Below are positions 19,480 to 30,781 of a DNA stretch of 64,000 nt, in pieces. The position numbers and the translations under genes were made by a program. How positions within the stretch are numbered: position 1 is the stretch's first letter; every line of letters begins with the position of its first letter. The stretch comes from Terriglobia bacterium. GTDB lineage: Bacteria; Acidobacteriota; Terriglobia; JAJPHL01; JAPKYU01. The notes below the pieces were generated by a model. It did no database searches. It had not been told where the DNA came from and saw only the letters and a list, made by a program, of their open reading frames with translations. The stretch is from the NCBI GenBank assembly GCA_965206645.1, contig CBDBKE010000004.1, forward strand, positions 1,664,001 to 1,728,000, written 5' to 3'.

Positions 19480-19999
19480 GCGGGCCTAAACTCTCCAGGA
19501 ACCGCTTGGTGGCAACCAGGTCAAATTTAGGATCGGTGCCTTCGATGCACAGAAAGAAGCGGTTCCGCGTGGCCAGCGCAAATCGAGAAACGTTGAAGAC
19601 CGGGTGATAGGGCCTGGGAAGGCCGTTGAGCGCCAGCATTCCGAGCACCGCTGACACGGCTGCAACCAGAATGGTCATCTCAAATGTGATCGGGATGAAA
19701 GCGGGCCAACTGTTCAAGGGACGGCCTCCCACGTTGAGGGGAAAGTCGACCACCGACGTGTAGTATTGCAACAGGAATCCCCCAATGCCTCCGGCAATCC
19801 CCCCGAGCAGAACGATGAGCGGCAGCCGCGTATGATGGAAGCCGAGCTCTTCGGCCAATCCCTCAACCGGCATGGGCGTGTAGGCATCCATCCGCCGGTA
19901 TCCCTCCTGGTAAGCACGGCGTACGGCAGCCACCACGGCCTCGGAAGTCTCAAATTCAGCCATCAATCCGTAAAGGGCCGCTTTCTTCATACTGCGCAC
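19454..19999 (-). CDS. actD: Alternative complex III subunit D (DUF3341)
   Basis: GLMAEF, DAYTPMPVEGL, NVGGRPLNSWPAFIPITFE. Confidence 0.9.
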   Translation of the reverse strand: MRSMKKAALYGLMAEFETSEAVVAAVRRAYQEGYRRMDAYTPMPVEGLAEELGFHHTRLPLIVLLGGIAGGIGGFLLQYYTSVVDFPLNVGGRPLNSWPAFIPITFEMTILVAAVSAVLGMLALNGLPRPYHPVFNVSRFALATRNRFFLCIEGTDPKFDLVATKRFLESLGPREVSEVAP

Positions 20000-20027
20000 T
20001 CTCCGACGTGTTGCCGCCTAAGAATCT

Positions 20028-21416
20028 TCATGATGCGCGCCGGTCCTCCGGACGCGGCACGATAGTCCGCATCTCGAAAATCGAAATCATGGGCAGGAAG
20101 CGGACGAACAAAAACAACAAAGCGAAAAACAGTCCGAGCGAGCCCAGGAAGGTGGCCCAGTCCCACCGGGTGCCGGCGTACATGCCCCACGAGGAAGGCA
20201 AGAAGTCGCGATGCAGGCTGGTGACAACGATGATGAAGCGCTCCAACCACATACCCATGCCTACCACAATGGCGATCAGAAACAGCGCGACAACGTTCGT
20301 GCGGATTCGCCGAGACCAGAGAAACTGCGGGGTCACGACGTTGCACAACAGCAGCGCCCAGTAAGAACCGGCGTATGGACCGTTCAGCCGATTCAAAATC
20401 ATGTACCGTTCGTACGTGTTTCCGCTATACCAGGCCATAAAAGCTTCCATCAGGTAGCCGTAAGCGACAATCAATCCCGTCGCCAACATGACCTTCGCCA
20501 TGTTCTCCAGGTGCCGCATGGTGATGAAATCTTGCAGTCCGTAGATGGCGCGGACAGGGATGGCCAGGGTCAGCACCATGGCGAAGCCCGCGTAGATGGC
20601 GCCCGCCACAAAATAGGGAGGGAAGATGGTGGCGTGCCAGCCAGGAACGATGGCGATGGCAAAGTCGAAGCTGACGATGGTATGCACCGAGATCACCAGC
20701 GGAGTAGCAAGCCCGGCCAGCAGCAGGTAGGCGGTTTCATAGCGGTGCCAGTGCACCGCCGAGCCCCGCCAGCCCATCGCCAGCACGCCGTAAACGACCT
20801 GAGCCAGCCGCGAGCTGGCCCGGTCGCGCAGCGTCGCTAGGTCCGGAATCAAGCCCACAAACCAAAACAGTGCCGATACGGTGGCATACGTGCTAACCGC
20901 AAAGACATCCCAGACCAGCGGGCTGCGGAACTGCGGCCACACCCCCATCGTGTTGGGGTAAGGCATGAGCCAGTAAAACAGCCACGGACGCCCCATGTGA
21001 AGGAGCGGAAAAATTCCCGCACAGGCGACCGCGAACAACGTCATGGCTTCGGCGAAACGGTTGATCGAGGTTCGCCACTGCTGGCGCAACAGCAACAAGA
21101 TGGCCGAGATGAGAGTGCCCGCATGCCCGATCCCAATCCACCAGACGAAGTTGATGATGGCGAATCCCCACCCGACCGGAACATTGATCCCCCAGATGCC
21201 GGTGCCCACGGCCAGCAGATAAGCCACCGAGTACAGCAAGAGCATGACCAGAGCGAAGGCCACCCCGAAGCCGATCCACCAGCCGCGCGGAGTGCGCCCG
21301 GTGAGCACAATGGCGCTGATCTTGTCGGTGACCGACGCATAGGTGTGTCTCGGCGCGATGATCTCTGGGACCCGCTCGCTTTCCGTCGTCTGTGCCGGTC
21401 GTTCGGACTCCATCAC
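20028..21416 (-). CDS. actC: Alternative complex III NrfD-like subunit C
   Basis: [44 protein letters not shown]. Confidence 0.95.
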   Translation of the reverse strand: MMESERPAQTTESERVPEIIAPRHTYASVTDKISAIVLTGRTPRGWWIGFGVAFALVMLLLYSVAYLLAVGTGIWGINVPVGWGFAIINFVWWIGIGHAGTLISAILLLLRQQWRTSINRFAEAMTLFAVACAGIFPLLHMGRPWLFYWLMPYPNTMGVWPQFRSPLVWDVFAVSTYATVSALFWFVGLIPDLATLRDRASSRLAQVVYGVLAMGWRGSAVHWHRYETAYLLLAGLATPLVISVHTIVSFDFAIAIVPGWHATIFPPYFVAGAIYAGFAMVLTLAIPVRAIYGLQDFITMRHLENMAKVMLATGLIVAYGYLMEAFMAWYSGNTYERYMILNRLNGPYAGSYWALLLCNVVTPQFLWSRRIRTNVVALFLIAIVVGMGMWLERFIIVVTSLHRDFLPSSWGMYAGTRWDWATFLGSLGLFFALLFLFVRFLPMISIFEMRTIVPRPEDRRAS

Positions 21417-24400
21417 TCTTCCCTGAGCTCGGGATTAGGGTTTCTCAGTCGGGCCAGATAGGTTGTGCGCGGCCGGGTGTTTAAATCTTCGAGCAGACCG
21501 TAATTTCGGGGGTCTGCCTTAAGCTGGGATACCTGGCTCTTAGGGTCATTGATATTGCCAAAAGTAATGGCCTGGGCGGGACATGCTGCCTGGCAGGCGG
21601 TCACGATTTCTCCGTCCCTGATTTCGCGGTCCTCTTTTTTTGCCTCGATGCGGGCTACATTAATTCGCTGCACACAATAGGTGCACTTCTCCATGACTCC
21701 CCGGGTTCGTACCGTCACGTCCGGATTTCGCAGCAATTTCAGGACGGGGGTCTCGTAATCCGAATATGCAAAGAAATTGAAGCGCCGGACCTTGTAGGGG
21801 CAATTATTGGAGCAATAGCGGGTGCCGACGCAACGGTTGTAGACCATTTCGTTGAGCCCTTCCGAGCTGTGGACGGTGGCGGCCACCGGGCAGACCACCT
21901 CGCAGGGCGCGTTTTCGCAGTGCATGCACATCACCGGCTGGTGGTACACCTCTGGATGGTCCAGAGAGCCTCTGTAGTAGCGGTCAATTCGCAACCAGTG
22001 CATCTCGCGGCCGCGCGCGACTTCCACTTTGCCTACCACAGGGATATTGTTCTCGGCCTGGCAGGCGGCGACGCACGCATTGCACCCGATACAGCGATTC
22101 AGATCAACGGCCATGCCCCAGGCGTAGCCCTCATATTTGTGCTCGGGGTACAAAGAAAGATGCGGAGACGTCTCGTGCTCCACCTCATGCGCGAAGTTTG
22201 GGTTGTGCTGAAATTCCTCCAGCGTGCCAACCCGGACCAGATGTCGGTCCTCCATGTTGTGATGGAGCTGTGTGGAGGCAAGCGGATACTGGCCGCCCGT
22301 CTTGCGAACCGCCAGACCGGAATCGAACCACGGACGGTCCGAACTGCGGAGTGCGTAGGCATTGAATCCGACCCCCGTTCCGACCTGCCCGGCGTGGGTA
22401 CGCCCGTAGCCCAGGTGCACCGTCACCGAGTCGTCGGCATGTCCCGGCTGGATCCACACCGGAGCCGGTACCATACGATCCCGATAGCGGAGTTCGACCA
22501 GATCCTGGTCGGCTAGGCCAAGCCGCTCGGCCGTGGCCGGGCTGAGCAGGGCTGCATTATCCCAGGTCAACTTGGTCAGCGGCTTCGGCAATTCCTGCAA
22601 CCACCCGTTGTTGGCGAAGCGGCCGTCCCAGATGGTTGGGTCGGGACGAAATACGATTTCCAGGCCCGGAGTTCCCGATCCCGCGACCGCAGGGACTTCT
22701 CCGGCACCCTGTCCGAGGAAATCTCGTTTCAATGAGACCTGCTTGGGGGGAAGCGCTGTGCCAGCAAGCAATCCGTCGTGCAGCGCCGTCTCCCAAGAGT
22801 TCTCGAAATTGCCAGAAAGGTTCTGCTTTTCCCAGTACTCTCGCACGATGTCATGGCTCGGCCGTTCGGGCCTTCCCAAAAGGGCTGAGAGCAACCGGTG
22901 AGCTGATTTTCCGTCATACAGCGGCGCTATCAGAGGCTGGAGAATTGTGGTGGTCCCATCGAAGGCCCGGGCGTCGCTCCAAGACTCCAGGTAATGAGCC
23001 TGGGGGACGTGCCAGTGACACAGTACGGCCGTTTCATCCTGATAGAGGCTCAGGTGAACCCGAAGCCTGACCTTCAAGAAATGCTCGGAAAAGCTCAGAT
23101 CGACAGGCGCCGTGAACACCGGGTTACTGTCGACGACGACCAGCAGGTCCACCCGGCCCGCTTTCATATCCTCCACCAGGTCCCGCAGCGACGCGAGTTG
23201 ATTCCCGGGATCAGCCTCCACAGGGTCGGTATAGATGACGGTCTTGCCAACATTGCCCAGAACGTGGTTCAAGGCGTGCGCCAGCGCGTGCACGCTGGGA
23301 GGCTGGTGCTCGCCCGCCAGAACAATGCTAGAGCCCCGGTGCTTCTGAAGATCGGCAACCAGTGACTTCACCCACTGGGCGTGGCCCGGATGGTCTGCCT
23401 CCGCGCCGGACACCTCGCTCGCCACTCCCAGTTTGTTTGCCACAGCGCGGGCAAAGCGTTCGATCTCGCTGGCGCGCATGGGCAACCGATGGTCGGCCAT
23501 CCCTCCAGTATTGGAGAGCGTGCTCTCGACGACGTACAGGCGGTTCATTTCCGTTGCCCCCGCCTGAACCTGCCGCCGAGCGGTGAACTGCCGCGCATAT
23601 CTCAGGTGGCCTGGACCCCCGCCCAGGAAATCCGCATCGAGAGACAGGATGACGTCCGCTTCCTCAAAGTCGTACAGGGTGTTGACGTATTCGCCAAACG
23701 CCAGTTGTGCCCCAGACCGGACTGCATCGCGCCCGACCGGCTCGTACTGGATCCATTTCGCCAAGGGAAATTCGCCGAGCAATGTGCGCAGCTGGTGGGC
23801 CAGGGTTGGAGAGGTGACGGTCCCGGTTAAAATGCGCAAGCGTGCGCCTTTTTCCAGACGCTGGGCTTCCATCTCGGTGCGCAAGACAGAACCGAAAGCG
23901 ACCCAACTGCTGATCTGCCCCAGGCGCGTCACCACCTGAGAGCGGTCTGGATCGTAGAGCGTGAGCACCGAAGCCTGGGCGAAGACGTCCGTGGCACCCA
24001 GGCTGGCCGGGTGTTGGGGATTTCCCTCGATCTTTGTGGGACGCCCCATGTGGCTTTCCACCAACAACCCGGTGGCGAATCCGTCCAGCGGCATGGCCGT
24101 AGCAAAGAATAACGGTTTGCCAGGCACGATCTGCTCTGGTGCCCGGACGTAGGGAACGATCTTTTCGGTGGGCTGCTGCGTGCAACCGGAGAGGCCAGCC
24201 AGCGCCAGGGAAGCGCCCATCAATTTCAAAAGCTCCCGCCGGTTGACGGTACCTCTCCACGCCGCGTATTGCTGCGGAAACTCATTGTGCAAGAAATCCC
24301 GGAACTCTTCCGTTTCCGCCAGCTCATCCAGGCTCCGCCAATACTCGCGGCCCTGGCTGTTCGCCAAACGTGCGCGGAGCGAGGACAGGTTGAGAGAACC

Positions 24401-24424
24401 TTTTCTGGAAAGGTCTTCCGTCAT
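21413..24424 (-). CDS. actB: Alternative complex III subunit B (molybdopterin-oxidoreductase-like + Fe-S)
   Basis: Probable start [26 protein letters not shown] Tat-variant, [45 protein letters not shown]. Confidence 0.95.
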   Translation of the reverse strand: MTEDLSRKGSLNLSSLRARLANSQGREYWRSLDELAETEEFRDFLHNEFPQQYAAWRGTVNRRELLKLMGASLALAGLSGCTQQPTEKIVPYVRAPEQIVPGKPLFFATAMPLDGFATGLLVESHMGRPTKIEGNPQHPASLGATDVFAQASVLTLYDPDRSQVVTRLGQISSWVAFGSVLRTEMEAQRLEKGARLRILTGTVTSPTLAHQLRTLLGEFPLAKWIQYEPVGRDAVRSGAQLAFGEYVNTLYDFEEADVILSLDADFLGGGPGHLRYARQFTARRQVQAGATEMNRLYVVESTLSNTGGMADHRLPMRASEIERFARAVANKLGVASEVSGAEADHPGHAQWVKSLVADLQKHRGSSIVLAGEHQPPSVHALAHALNHVLGNVGKTVIYTDPVEADPGNQLASLRDLVEDMKAGRVDLLVVVDSNPVFTAPVDLSFSEHFLKVRLRVHLSLYQDETAVLCHWHVPQAHYLESWSDARAFDGTTTILQPLIAPLYDGKSAHRLLSALLGRPERPSHDIVREYWEKQNLSGNFENSWETALHDGLLAGTALPPKQVSLKRDFLGQGAGEVPAVAGSGTPGLEIVFRPDPTIWDGRFANNGWLQELPKPLTKLTWDNAALLSPATAERLGLADQDLVELRYRDRMVPAPVWIQPGHADDSVTVHLGYGRTHAGQVGTGVGFNAYALRSSDRPWFDSGLAVRKTGGQYPLASTQLHHNMEDRHLVRVGTLEEFQHNPNFAHEVEHETSPHLSLYPEHKYEGYAWGMAVDLNRCIGCNACVAACQAENNIPVVGKVEVARGREMHWLRIDRYYRGSLDHPEVYHQPVMCMHCENAPCEVVCPVAATVHSSEGLNEMVYNRCVGTRYCSNNCPYKVRRFNFFAYSDYETPVLKLLRNPDVTVRTRGVMEKCTYCVQRINVARIEAKKEDREIRDGEIVTACQAACPAQAITFGNINDPKSQVSQLKADPRNYGLLEDLNTRPRTTYLARLRNPNPELREE

Positions 24425-24432
24425 CGGTGGCG

Positions 24433-25083
24433 TTATCGGTGGCAGACCGAACAATCTGTCAAGCTTTGGATCCTGTATTCCTCGACGAGCCTCCGTCCCA
24501 AACCTAGCTGGTCCGCAGGCGGCTCCCAATCCATGCGAAAGACGTACTGGCGCGGCCGGACGAAGTGTTCCGGTGCCCGATGGCATTCCAGGCACCACTC
24601 CATGTGCAGCGTCTTTTCTCGCCACATCAAGGGCATCTGATCCACTCGCCCGTGGCAGGTGGCGCAGCCGACGCCTTTCTTGACGTGAATGCTGTGGTCG
24701 AAATAGACGAAATCTGGCAAGTCGTGGACTCGGCTCCACTCCAGCGGCTTGCCGGTCCGAAAACTGGCCCGCACCGGTTCCAGCATGGGGCTATCGGCCC
24801 AAATCTGGGAGTGACAGGTCATGCAGATTTCGGTGGCGGGGATGCCGGCGAACGCCGACGTCTCTACCGAGGTGTGGCAATAGCGGCAGTCGATTCCCAT
24901 GCCGCCCACATGGTGTTTATGGCTGAACGGCACCGGCTGTTCGCGGGCAACTCCGGCCTGCGTCACATACGAGGACCGTTCGACGATAGTGGACACCCAG
25001 ATGAGCCCGCCGATAATAAATACGGCGCCAAAGATGCTTGCCTTGGAGAGCGTGTTCGTGCTTGGGTGGAATATCTGAGCCAT
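24433..25083 (-). CDS. actA: Alternative complex III pentaheme cytochrome c
   Basis: MAQIFHP start. Five CxxCH motifs: CRYCH, CMTCH, CATCH, CLECH, CSVCH. Confidence 0.95.
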   Translation of the reverse strand: MAQIFHPSTNTLSKASIFGAVFIIGGLIWVSTIVERSSYVTQAGVAREQPVPFSHKHHVGGMGIDCRYCHTSVETSAFAGIPATEICMTCHSQIWADSPMLEPVRASFRTGKPLEWSRVHDLPDFVYFDHSIHVKKGVGCATCHGRVDQMPLMWREKTLHMEWCLECHRAPEHFVRPRQYVFRMDWEPPADQLGLGRRLVEEYRIQSLTDCSVCHR

Positions 25084-25202
25084 GGCAGCGCCTTAGGCGC
25101 GACTTCTCAGTCCACAGAAGCCCAGACAGAATTCCAGCAAGATACTCTAGTCCCAGATTTCGAGGCCCACAAACCCCCCAAGGGGGCCTGCACAGCCGAT
25201 GC

Positions 25203-25231
25203 AGTATATTCCTGCCGGACAGGCAAGTCAA
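25203..25231 (-). promoter_or_regulatory. Sigma70-type promoter of the ACIII-caa3 operon
   Basis: Minus strand TTGACT-N17-TATACT, ~120 bp upstream of actA. The spacer contains CCTG-N5-CAGG. Confidence 0.7.
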
Positions 25232-25404
25232 AGCCCACTCTCGGGTTGCCCGAAGGGATTTTTGGAAAGCCGGAAGTTGGAGCTTCCGACCGCAGGGCCG
25301 AGGCGCTTGAGTGTTCGTAAGGGCGATGCGCTTCATTCTTCCAGAACTTGGCCCCGGAGAAGGCAGGCTGCCAAAGCTGTAGCTGGCAGGGCTATACTGG
25401 AGCC

Positions 25405-26274
25405 GTGTCGCGGCCGCGCTATCGCCTTCGCTTGCCCCGCCGGGAGCTAGTTCTGGGCGAGCGCACTCTGGTGATGGGCATTCTCAATGTGACTCCGGAT
25501 TCGTTCTCCGATGGCGGGCTTTACCTGCAGCCAGAGGAGGCGGTCGCGCGTGCGAGAGAGATTGAGCGACAGGGCGCCGATCTGCTTGACGTGGGCGCGG
25601 AATCGACCCGGCCGGGTTCGGCGCGTATTTCCGAGGCCGACGAACTGGACCGCCTGCTTCCGGTCTTAAGAGGTTTGCACGGTCGGGTTTCCCTCCCCAT
25701 TTCCGTGGATACCTACAAACCAGTGGTGGCCGAACACGCCCTGGCGGCTGGCGCGGAACTGATCAATTTCCCAGCTTTGTGTCCAGTCGCCGAGATGGCC
25801 CGGGTCGCCGGCAGGGCGGGCGTCCCGCTGGTGGCAATGCACCTTCGCGGCACGCCGGACACCATGCACCTGCTGCCCTCCCTGGAGGACGTTGTGGGGG
25901 AGGTGTTGGACGGACTCCGCCAGCTGCGCGATCAGGCCTGGGCCGCCGGGCTGCCGCGCGAAGCTCTCATCCTGGACCCCGGGTTCGGGTTCGGCAAGAA
26001 TGGCGATGAGAATTACACGTTGCTGGCCCGCTTCGGCGAATTGCACCAGCTGAGGTGCCCTTTGCTGGCCGGCACTTCCCGGAAATCCTTCATTGGCGGT
26101 ACGCTCGGACTTCCCGCCCACCAGCGGGTCTGGGGCACAGCCGCCACGGTCGCAGCAGCCATTGTCGCCGGAGCACACATCGTGCGTGTGCATGACGCCA
26201 CCGAGATTGTCCAAGTGGTCCGCGTCACCGACCGGATTCGTGGTACTGCCTCGGGATCGCCATTGCCTGGCTGA
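25405..26274 (+). CDS. folP: Dihydropteroate synthase
   Basis: MGILNVTPDSFSDGG, DVGAESTRPG, ISVDTYK, LDPGFGFGK, GTSRKSF, VRVHD. GTG start inferred. Confidence 0.95.
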   Translation: MSRPRYRLRLPRRELVLGERTLVMGILNVTPDSFSDGGLYLQPEEAVARAREIERQGADLLDVGAESTRPGSARISEADELDRLLPVLRGLHGRVSLPISVDTYKPVVAEHALAAGAELINFPALCPVAEMARVAGRAGVPLVAMHLRGTPDTMHLLPSLEDVVGEVLDGLRQLRDQAWAAGLPREALILDPGFGFGKNGDENYTLLARFGELHQLRCPLLAGTSRKSFIGGTLGLPAHQRVWGTAATVAAAIVAGAHIVRVHDATEIVQVVRVTDRIRGTASGSPLPG

Positions 26275-26331
26275 AGCCGGCCGCTACACCGCCTTCCGCT
26301 CCGATGCTAGAATGCCCGCAGGAGAAGCGCC

Positions 26332-27315
26332 TTGATCGTGAATCTGGGGATGGCGTTTGTGACCATCAGCGTTTCGGTCCCGCCGAGCGATGGTTTGACA
26401 GGAGGGCCGCAGGGCTTTTGGAGGGAGATTTCCCTGACCTCTATTTTAGACATCCTGATTGTCGCCTTCCTGATCTACCACCTGCTGCTGCTGGTACGGG
26501 GGACGCGTGCCAGCCAGATGTTGCTGGGGATCGCGCTGATTGTCCTGCTCTACTACGCGGCGCGCTGGTGGGAATTACAGACGCTTCATGGGCTGCTCAC
26601 CACGCTGCTCCCGCTCCCCTATTTTGTGTTGGCGCTGATCGTGATCTTCCAGGCGGAGATTCGGCGCGGGCTGGCGCGGCTGGGACGCAACCCTTTCCTG
26701 CCCCGCCTGTCGGGCTTGTCTCGTGATTTCTCGTATGACGACATCTTGCTGGCAGTCAGCCTGTTTTCCTCGCAGAAAACGGGGGCGCTCATCGTGTTGG
26801 AACGCGATGTGGGCCTGCGCACCTATGTGGACAGCGGTATTGGCCTCGATGCCCAGCTTTCCTACGACTTGCTGGTGACGATTTTCCGTCCTGAAACGCC
26901 GCTGCACGACGGCGGGATCATTATTCAGAAAGACAAGGTGGCCGCCGCCGCCTGCTTCCTTCCTCTAAGCGTGAACCCGTTGCTGAGCACGCAGGTGGGC
27001 AGCCGGCACCGGGCGGCCATTGGCATCACTGAAGAAAGCGATGCCGTGGCGGTGGTGGTTTCCGAACAGACTGGAGAGGTCTCGCTGGCTGCGGGCGGGA
27101 CCATCGAGCAGAACGTCAGCTTGGAACGACTGCGCGTGCGCCTGGGCGAGCTGATGGGAACACCCATTTCTCCCTCGGTGTTACCCACGACCAGCCTGAC
27201 GGAGCAGGAGCCGCCGTCTCCCAGCGGCGAAGGAGCATCGAAAATTGCCGGCGACCACTCGGAAGCACCTCCCGAGCGGAATTCGCAGACGCGCAGCCCA
27301 GCAGCGAAACCATGA
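26332..27315 (+). CDS. cdaA: Diadenylate cyclase CdaA
   Basis: Three N-terminal TMs, IFQAEIRR, PLHDGG and GSRHRAAIG (DGA-like/RHR motifs), VVSEQTG. Confidence 0.93.
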   Translation: MIVNLGMAFVTISVSVPPSDGLTGGPQGFWREISLTSILDILIVAFLIYHLLLLVRGTRASQMLLGIALIVLLYYAARWWELQTLHGLLTTLLPLPYFVLALIVIFQAEIRRGLARLGRNPFLPRLSGLSRDFSYDDILLAVSLFSSQKTGALIVLERDVGLRTYVDSGIGLDAQLSYDLLVTIFRPETPLHDGGIIIQKDKVAAAACFLPLSVNPLLSTQVGSRHRAAIGITEESDAVAVVVSEQTGEVSLAAGGTIEQNVSLERLRVRLGELMGTPISPSVLPTTSLTEQEPPSPSGEGASKIAGDHSEAPPERNSQTRSPAAKP

Positions 27316-27971
27316 GCTTCTTGCGGAACTACGTGCTCGACAATCTCGCTCTGAAGCTGGGCTCACTCGCCCTGGCCCTACTGCTGTGGTCGGCGATCGC
27401 CAATGAGCCGCCGGCGGAAGTGACCTTCCGTGCGCCGCTGGAATTGCGGAACGTGCCGGAAAATCTGGAGTTAAGCAGCGAAGCGCCCAACTCGGTGCAG
27501 GTGAGAGTGCGGGGACCGGCCAGCGCGGTGCGCAAACTTTCCCCTGCGAACCTGGCCGTCTCGTTGGATTTGGCCGACTTCAAGCGTCCCGGCAAGCGCA
27601 GCTATGAGCTGTCCGTTCCCGATGTGCGGATCCCCTTCGGGGTGCGTGTAGTGCAAGTCATTCCCAAACAGGTGGGGCTGCAGTTGGAAGCACGCGCTGA
27701 GCGGGAGATCCCCGTTGTCCCGCGCATCACCGGCGAGGCTGCCCCCGGCTACCGGTTGACCGGCTTTCAGGTGTCTCCTCCAATTGTGCGCGTGGTAGGA
27801 CCGCGGAGCCACGTGGCCCTGCTGGAATCCGCCATGACCGACCCTGTGGATGTCACAGGCGTCATCGCCCGAACCCGGTTCTGGACCAGTGCATTTGTGC
27901 CCCATCCGCTGGTGCGCATCCAGGGCAGTGACGCAGTGCTGGTCACCGTTCAACTGGAACAGCGCGAATGA
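27312..27971 (+). CDS. cdaR: YbbR-domain CdaR regulator
   Basis: NLALKLGSLALALLLW TM, VQVRVRGP, VRVVGP. Lies between cdaA and glmM with ATGA overlaps. Confidence 0.88.
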   Translation: MSFLRNYVLDNLALKLGSLALALLLWSAIANEPPAEVTFRAPLELRNVPENLELSSEAPNSVQVRVRGPASAVRKLSPANLAVSLDLADFKRPGKRSYELSVPDVRIPFGVRVVQVIPKQVGLQLEARAEREIPVVPRITGEAAPGYRLTGFQVSPPIVRVVGPRSHVALLESAMTDPVDVTGVIARTRFWTSAFVPHPLVRIQGSDAVLVTVQLEQRE

Positions 27972-29341
27972 AACCCACGCGACTGTTCGGGACGGATGGG
28001 ATTCGAGCGGCTGCCGGGGAATACCCGCTGGACGAGCGCACGGTTTTCCTCATCGGGCGGGCGCTGGGGGAGTACCTGCGACGAGCGGAGGCTGCTCCTT
28101 CCCTCGTATTCGGCGAGGACACGCGCGAATCCAGCCCCTGGATCGCCGAGACTCTGGCCACAGGTCTGGCCGAAGAAGGTGCGGAGTCGCTTTCGGCAGG
28201 GGTGCTCCCGACTCCGGGGGTAGCCTACCTGTCGCGCATCCAGGGGTTCTCAGCCGGGGTGATGATTTCCGCTTCCCACAATCCTTATTCCGACAACGGC
28301 ATCAAGGTCTTTTCCCGTTCCGGCTACAAACTCCCTGACGAAAGCGAGGTAGCAGTCGAGCAGACGATCTTCCGGCTGGCCACTGGGCAGGCCGGCCCGA
28401 CGGTATCATCGCGGCAAGTTCCTCCCGGCGGCCGGTTGAAGCAGGACGCCTCGCTGCAGGGTCGCTACCAGGATTTCCTCTGCTCGCTGGTGTCTGGCGG
28501 GGTTACCTTCGCCGGGCTGCGGGTGGTTCTGGATTGCGCGAATGGGGCCGCCTCAGCGATAGCTCCAGAGTTGTTTCGGCGACTGGGCGCAGAGGTCATC
28601 GCCATCCACGCTTCTCCCAACGGACGCAATATCAACCTGGAGTGCGGGTCCCTGCATCCCGAATCGCTCCGGGTGCGTGTCCCGGCCGAGCGGGCTGACC
28701 TGGGCGTGGCCTTCGATGGGGATGCCGACCGGGCGCTGTTCGTTACCGCGAACGGGAAGCTGGTGGATGGCGACGGGGTGCTGTTTCTGGCCGCCAGGCA
28801 CATGTTGGCCCAGGGCCGGCTCAAGAACCGCCTGGTCGTGGCCACCATCATGTCCAACCTGGGCCTGGAAGCGACCTTGGGGGCCTCCGGCGTCCGACTG
28901 CGGCGCACCCCCGTGGGCGACAAATACGTCTTGGAGGAAATGTTGCGTTGTGGCGCCAACCTGGGCGGCGAACAGTCGGGGCACGTCATCTTCGGCGGTG
29001 AGCAGACCACAGGAGACGGCCTGTTGACCGCATTGCGCGTCTTAGAGATTGTCGCAGCCACTGGTCGGCCGCTGGAAGCGCTGGTCTCGGAACTAGAACC
29101 CTTCCCCCAGGTCATTCGGAACGTCCCCGTGCGGGGAAAGGTGCCGCTGGAGGAGTTGCCAGAAGTGTGGGCGGCGATCCGCTCGGCTCAGGAACACTTC
29201 GGGCTGACAGGGCGGGTGGTCGTGCGCTACAGCGGTACAGAGTCGCTAGCCCGCATCATGATTGAGGGCGAGAAGGAAGCGCAGGTGCATCGCTACGCCG
29301 AATTGATCGCTGCTGCTTTTCACCGCACCATCGGTGCCTGA
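27968..29341 (+). CDS. glmM: Phosphoglucosamine mutase
   Basis: FGTDGIR, ISASHNP, FDGDADR, VGDKYV, GGEQSGH, VRYSGTE. Confidence 0.96.
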   Translation: MKPTRLFGTDGIRAAAGEYPLDERTVFLIGRALGEYLRRAEAAPSLVFGEDTRESSPWIAETLATGLAEEGAESLSAGVLPTPGVAYLSRIQGFSAGVMISASHNPYSDNGIKVFSRSGYKLPDESEVAVEQTIFRLATGQAGPTVSSRQVPPGGRLKQDASLQGRYQDFLCSLVSGGVTFAGLRVVLDCANGAASAIAPELFRRLGAEVIAIHASPNGRNINLECGSLHPESLRVRVPAERADLGVAFDGDADRALFVTANGKLVDGDGVLFLAARHMLAQGRLKNRLVVATIMSNLGLEATLGASGVRLRRTPVGDKYVLEEMLRCGANLGGEQSGHVIFGGEQTTGDGLLTALRVLEIVAATGRPLEALVSELEPFPQVIRNVPVRGKVPLEELPEVWAAIRSAQEHFGLTGRVVVRYSGTESLARIMIEGEKEAQVHRYAELIAAAFHRTIGA

Positions 29342-29460
29342 ACCGGAAAATCCACCGCAGGAACGCATACACGTCGGTTACGGAGGATACCATTCTGGTC
29401 TCCGCCGGTGCTGTTCCCGTCACGTCAGGCATCGCGTACAATGAACAGAGGGGGTGTTAC

Positions 29461-30135
29461 ATGCGAATCCACGGCCTGGTGGTAGGCCTGTTGACCCTGA
29501 GCCTGCTGGTTCCCTCGGTGCTTGCTGACCGGAAGAAACAGGTGAAGCGAGTGCAGAATGCCACAGAAGTCTTTTCTGAGGTGATGGACATTCCCGAGAA
29601 GGCCATCCCGAAGCTGCTGCTGGTGCGGGCGCACTGCATTGCCATCGTTCCTTCGATGAAGAAGGGCGGCTTCGGCTTCGGGGGACACTTCGGAGGCGGG
29701 CTGGTGACCTGCAGGAAGGCGTCTCGGCATTGGGGGCCGCCTTCCATGCTGAGCGTGCGGGGCGGCAGCTTCGGCTTGCAAATCGGCGGGCAGGCCATTG
29801 ACGTGATCATGCTGGTGATGAACAAGAAAGGGATGAAATTCTTGACCAGCGACAAGTTTACCTTGGGCGCGGATGCTTCGGTGGCCGCCGGGCCGGTGGG
29901 GCGCGCCGCTTCGGCGGAGACGAACGCCACTATGCGCTCCGAAATCCTGACTTACTCACGGGCGCAGGGCTTATTTGCAGGCGTGACCCTGAAAGGCGCC
30001 GTTGTCAAGCCCGACAAGAAGGGCAACCGCCAACTCTACGGCCAGGAGATCACAGCCCGCAATATCCTGAATGGGAAAGCTCCCACGCCCGCCGAAGCAC
30101 GCCCGCTTCTTGCGGCGCTGGCCAAATATCGCTGA
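29461..30135 (+). CDS. SYLF/YSC84 lipid-binding domain protein
   Basis: Signal peptide, KGGFGFGG, GGSFGLQIGG, GADASVAAGPVGR, TYSRAQGLFAG. Confidence 0.9.
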   Translation: MRIHGLVVGLLTLSLLVPSVLADRKKQVKRVQNATEVFSEVMDIPEKAIPKLLLVRAHCIAIVPSMKKGGFGFGGHFGGGLVTCRKASRHWGPPSMLSVRGGSFGLQIGGQAIDVIMLVMNKKGMKFLTSDKFTLGADASVAAGPVGRAASAETNATMRSEILTYSRAQGLFAGVTLKGAVVKPDKKGNRQLYGQEITARNILNGKAPTPAEARPLLAALAKYR

Positions 30136-30310
30136 AGGTTCGGGATAAAAGGCGCACTCCGAGCTAATCCGGGCTCACCTTTCGTGGGTGACTTGCCCGG
30201 GGTGCCGTGCCGACAGTCAGAAGGGAAAGAAGCGGGAACAGGCCCTGTGAACCGTCCAGCGAGATGCCCGCGTCAGGCCCGGGAAACTCGCCCAGAAAAC
30301 TCGGACGTTG

Positions 30311-30499
30311 CTAGGCTTTGCGGACTTTGCCGGAACGCAGGCAACGGGTACAGACACGCAACCGCCGCCGTCCACCGTTGACCACCACGCGCACCGTCTG
30401 CAGGTTCACATTCCAGCGACGCTTGGTCAGGTTATGAGCGTGACTGATCCGATGCCCAAATTGCGGGCCTTTCCCGCAAACCTCGCAAACCCTTGCCAT
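30311..30499 (-). CDS. rpmB: 50S ribosomal protein L28 (zinc-binding type)
   Basis: MARVCEVCGKGPQFGHRISHAHNLTKRRWNVNLQ...CTRC. Confidence 0.97.
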   Translation of the reverse strand: MARVCEVCGKGPQFGHRISHAHNLTKRRWNVNLQTVRVVVNGGRRRLRVCTRCLRSGKVRKA

Positions 30500-30606
30500 A
30501 TCAGCTCCTACCGGGGAGATGGAATGCTCCGATTCACAGTCTATGCTATCAGAAAAACTGCAGTTCCTGAGGCTCTACTTGCGTTCTTTCCTCTGGTTTC
30601 TGCCGG

Positions 30607-30615
30607 TGGTATAAT
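30607..30615 (+). promoter_or_regulatory. Extended -10 promoter for the riboswitch-moaA transcript
   Basis: TG-G-TATAAT immediately upstream of the riboswitch. Confidence 0.65.
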
Positions 30616-30618
30616 ACC

Positions 30619-30724
30619 GGGTTCTCCGAGCTCGCAGAGCCTAAGGTCCCCCGGGACTATGGCCTGGAGCCGATAGGGTGTAGCGGGAAACGGCTGCGCC
30701 TCCCATGTTTGGAAAGGAGAGCCC
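30619..30724 (+). ncRNA. Moco-class riboswitch (P3-lacking, Wco/Tuco-like variant)
   Basis: CTCCGAG...GCCTAAG...CTATGGC...AGGGT-GTAGC-GGGAAACG-GCTGC-GCCT-CCCATGTTTGG-AAAGGAG matches the Moco RNA consensus layout. Directly upstream of moaA. Confidence 0.85.
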
Positions 30725-30781
30725 GCGGTCTCGAAGTTCGAGCCCGTACCTGCCAAACATGGGTACGGGCTTTGTTGTCTT

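Noticed and set aside
24425-24739. 105-aa N-terminal extension of ActB
   Set aside because: Overlaps actA in another frame. The ATG at 24424 fits the family N-terminus.
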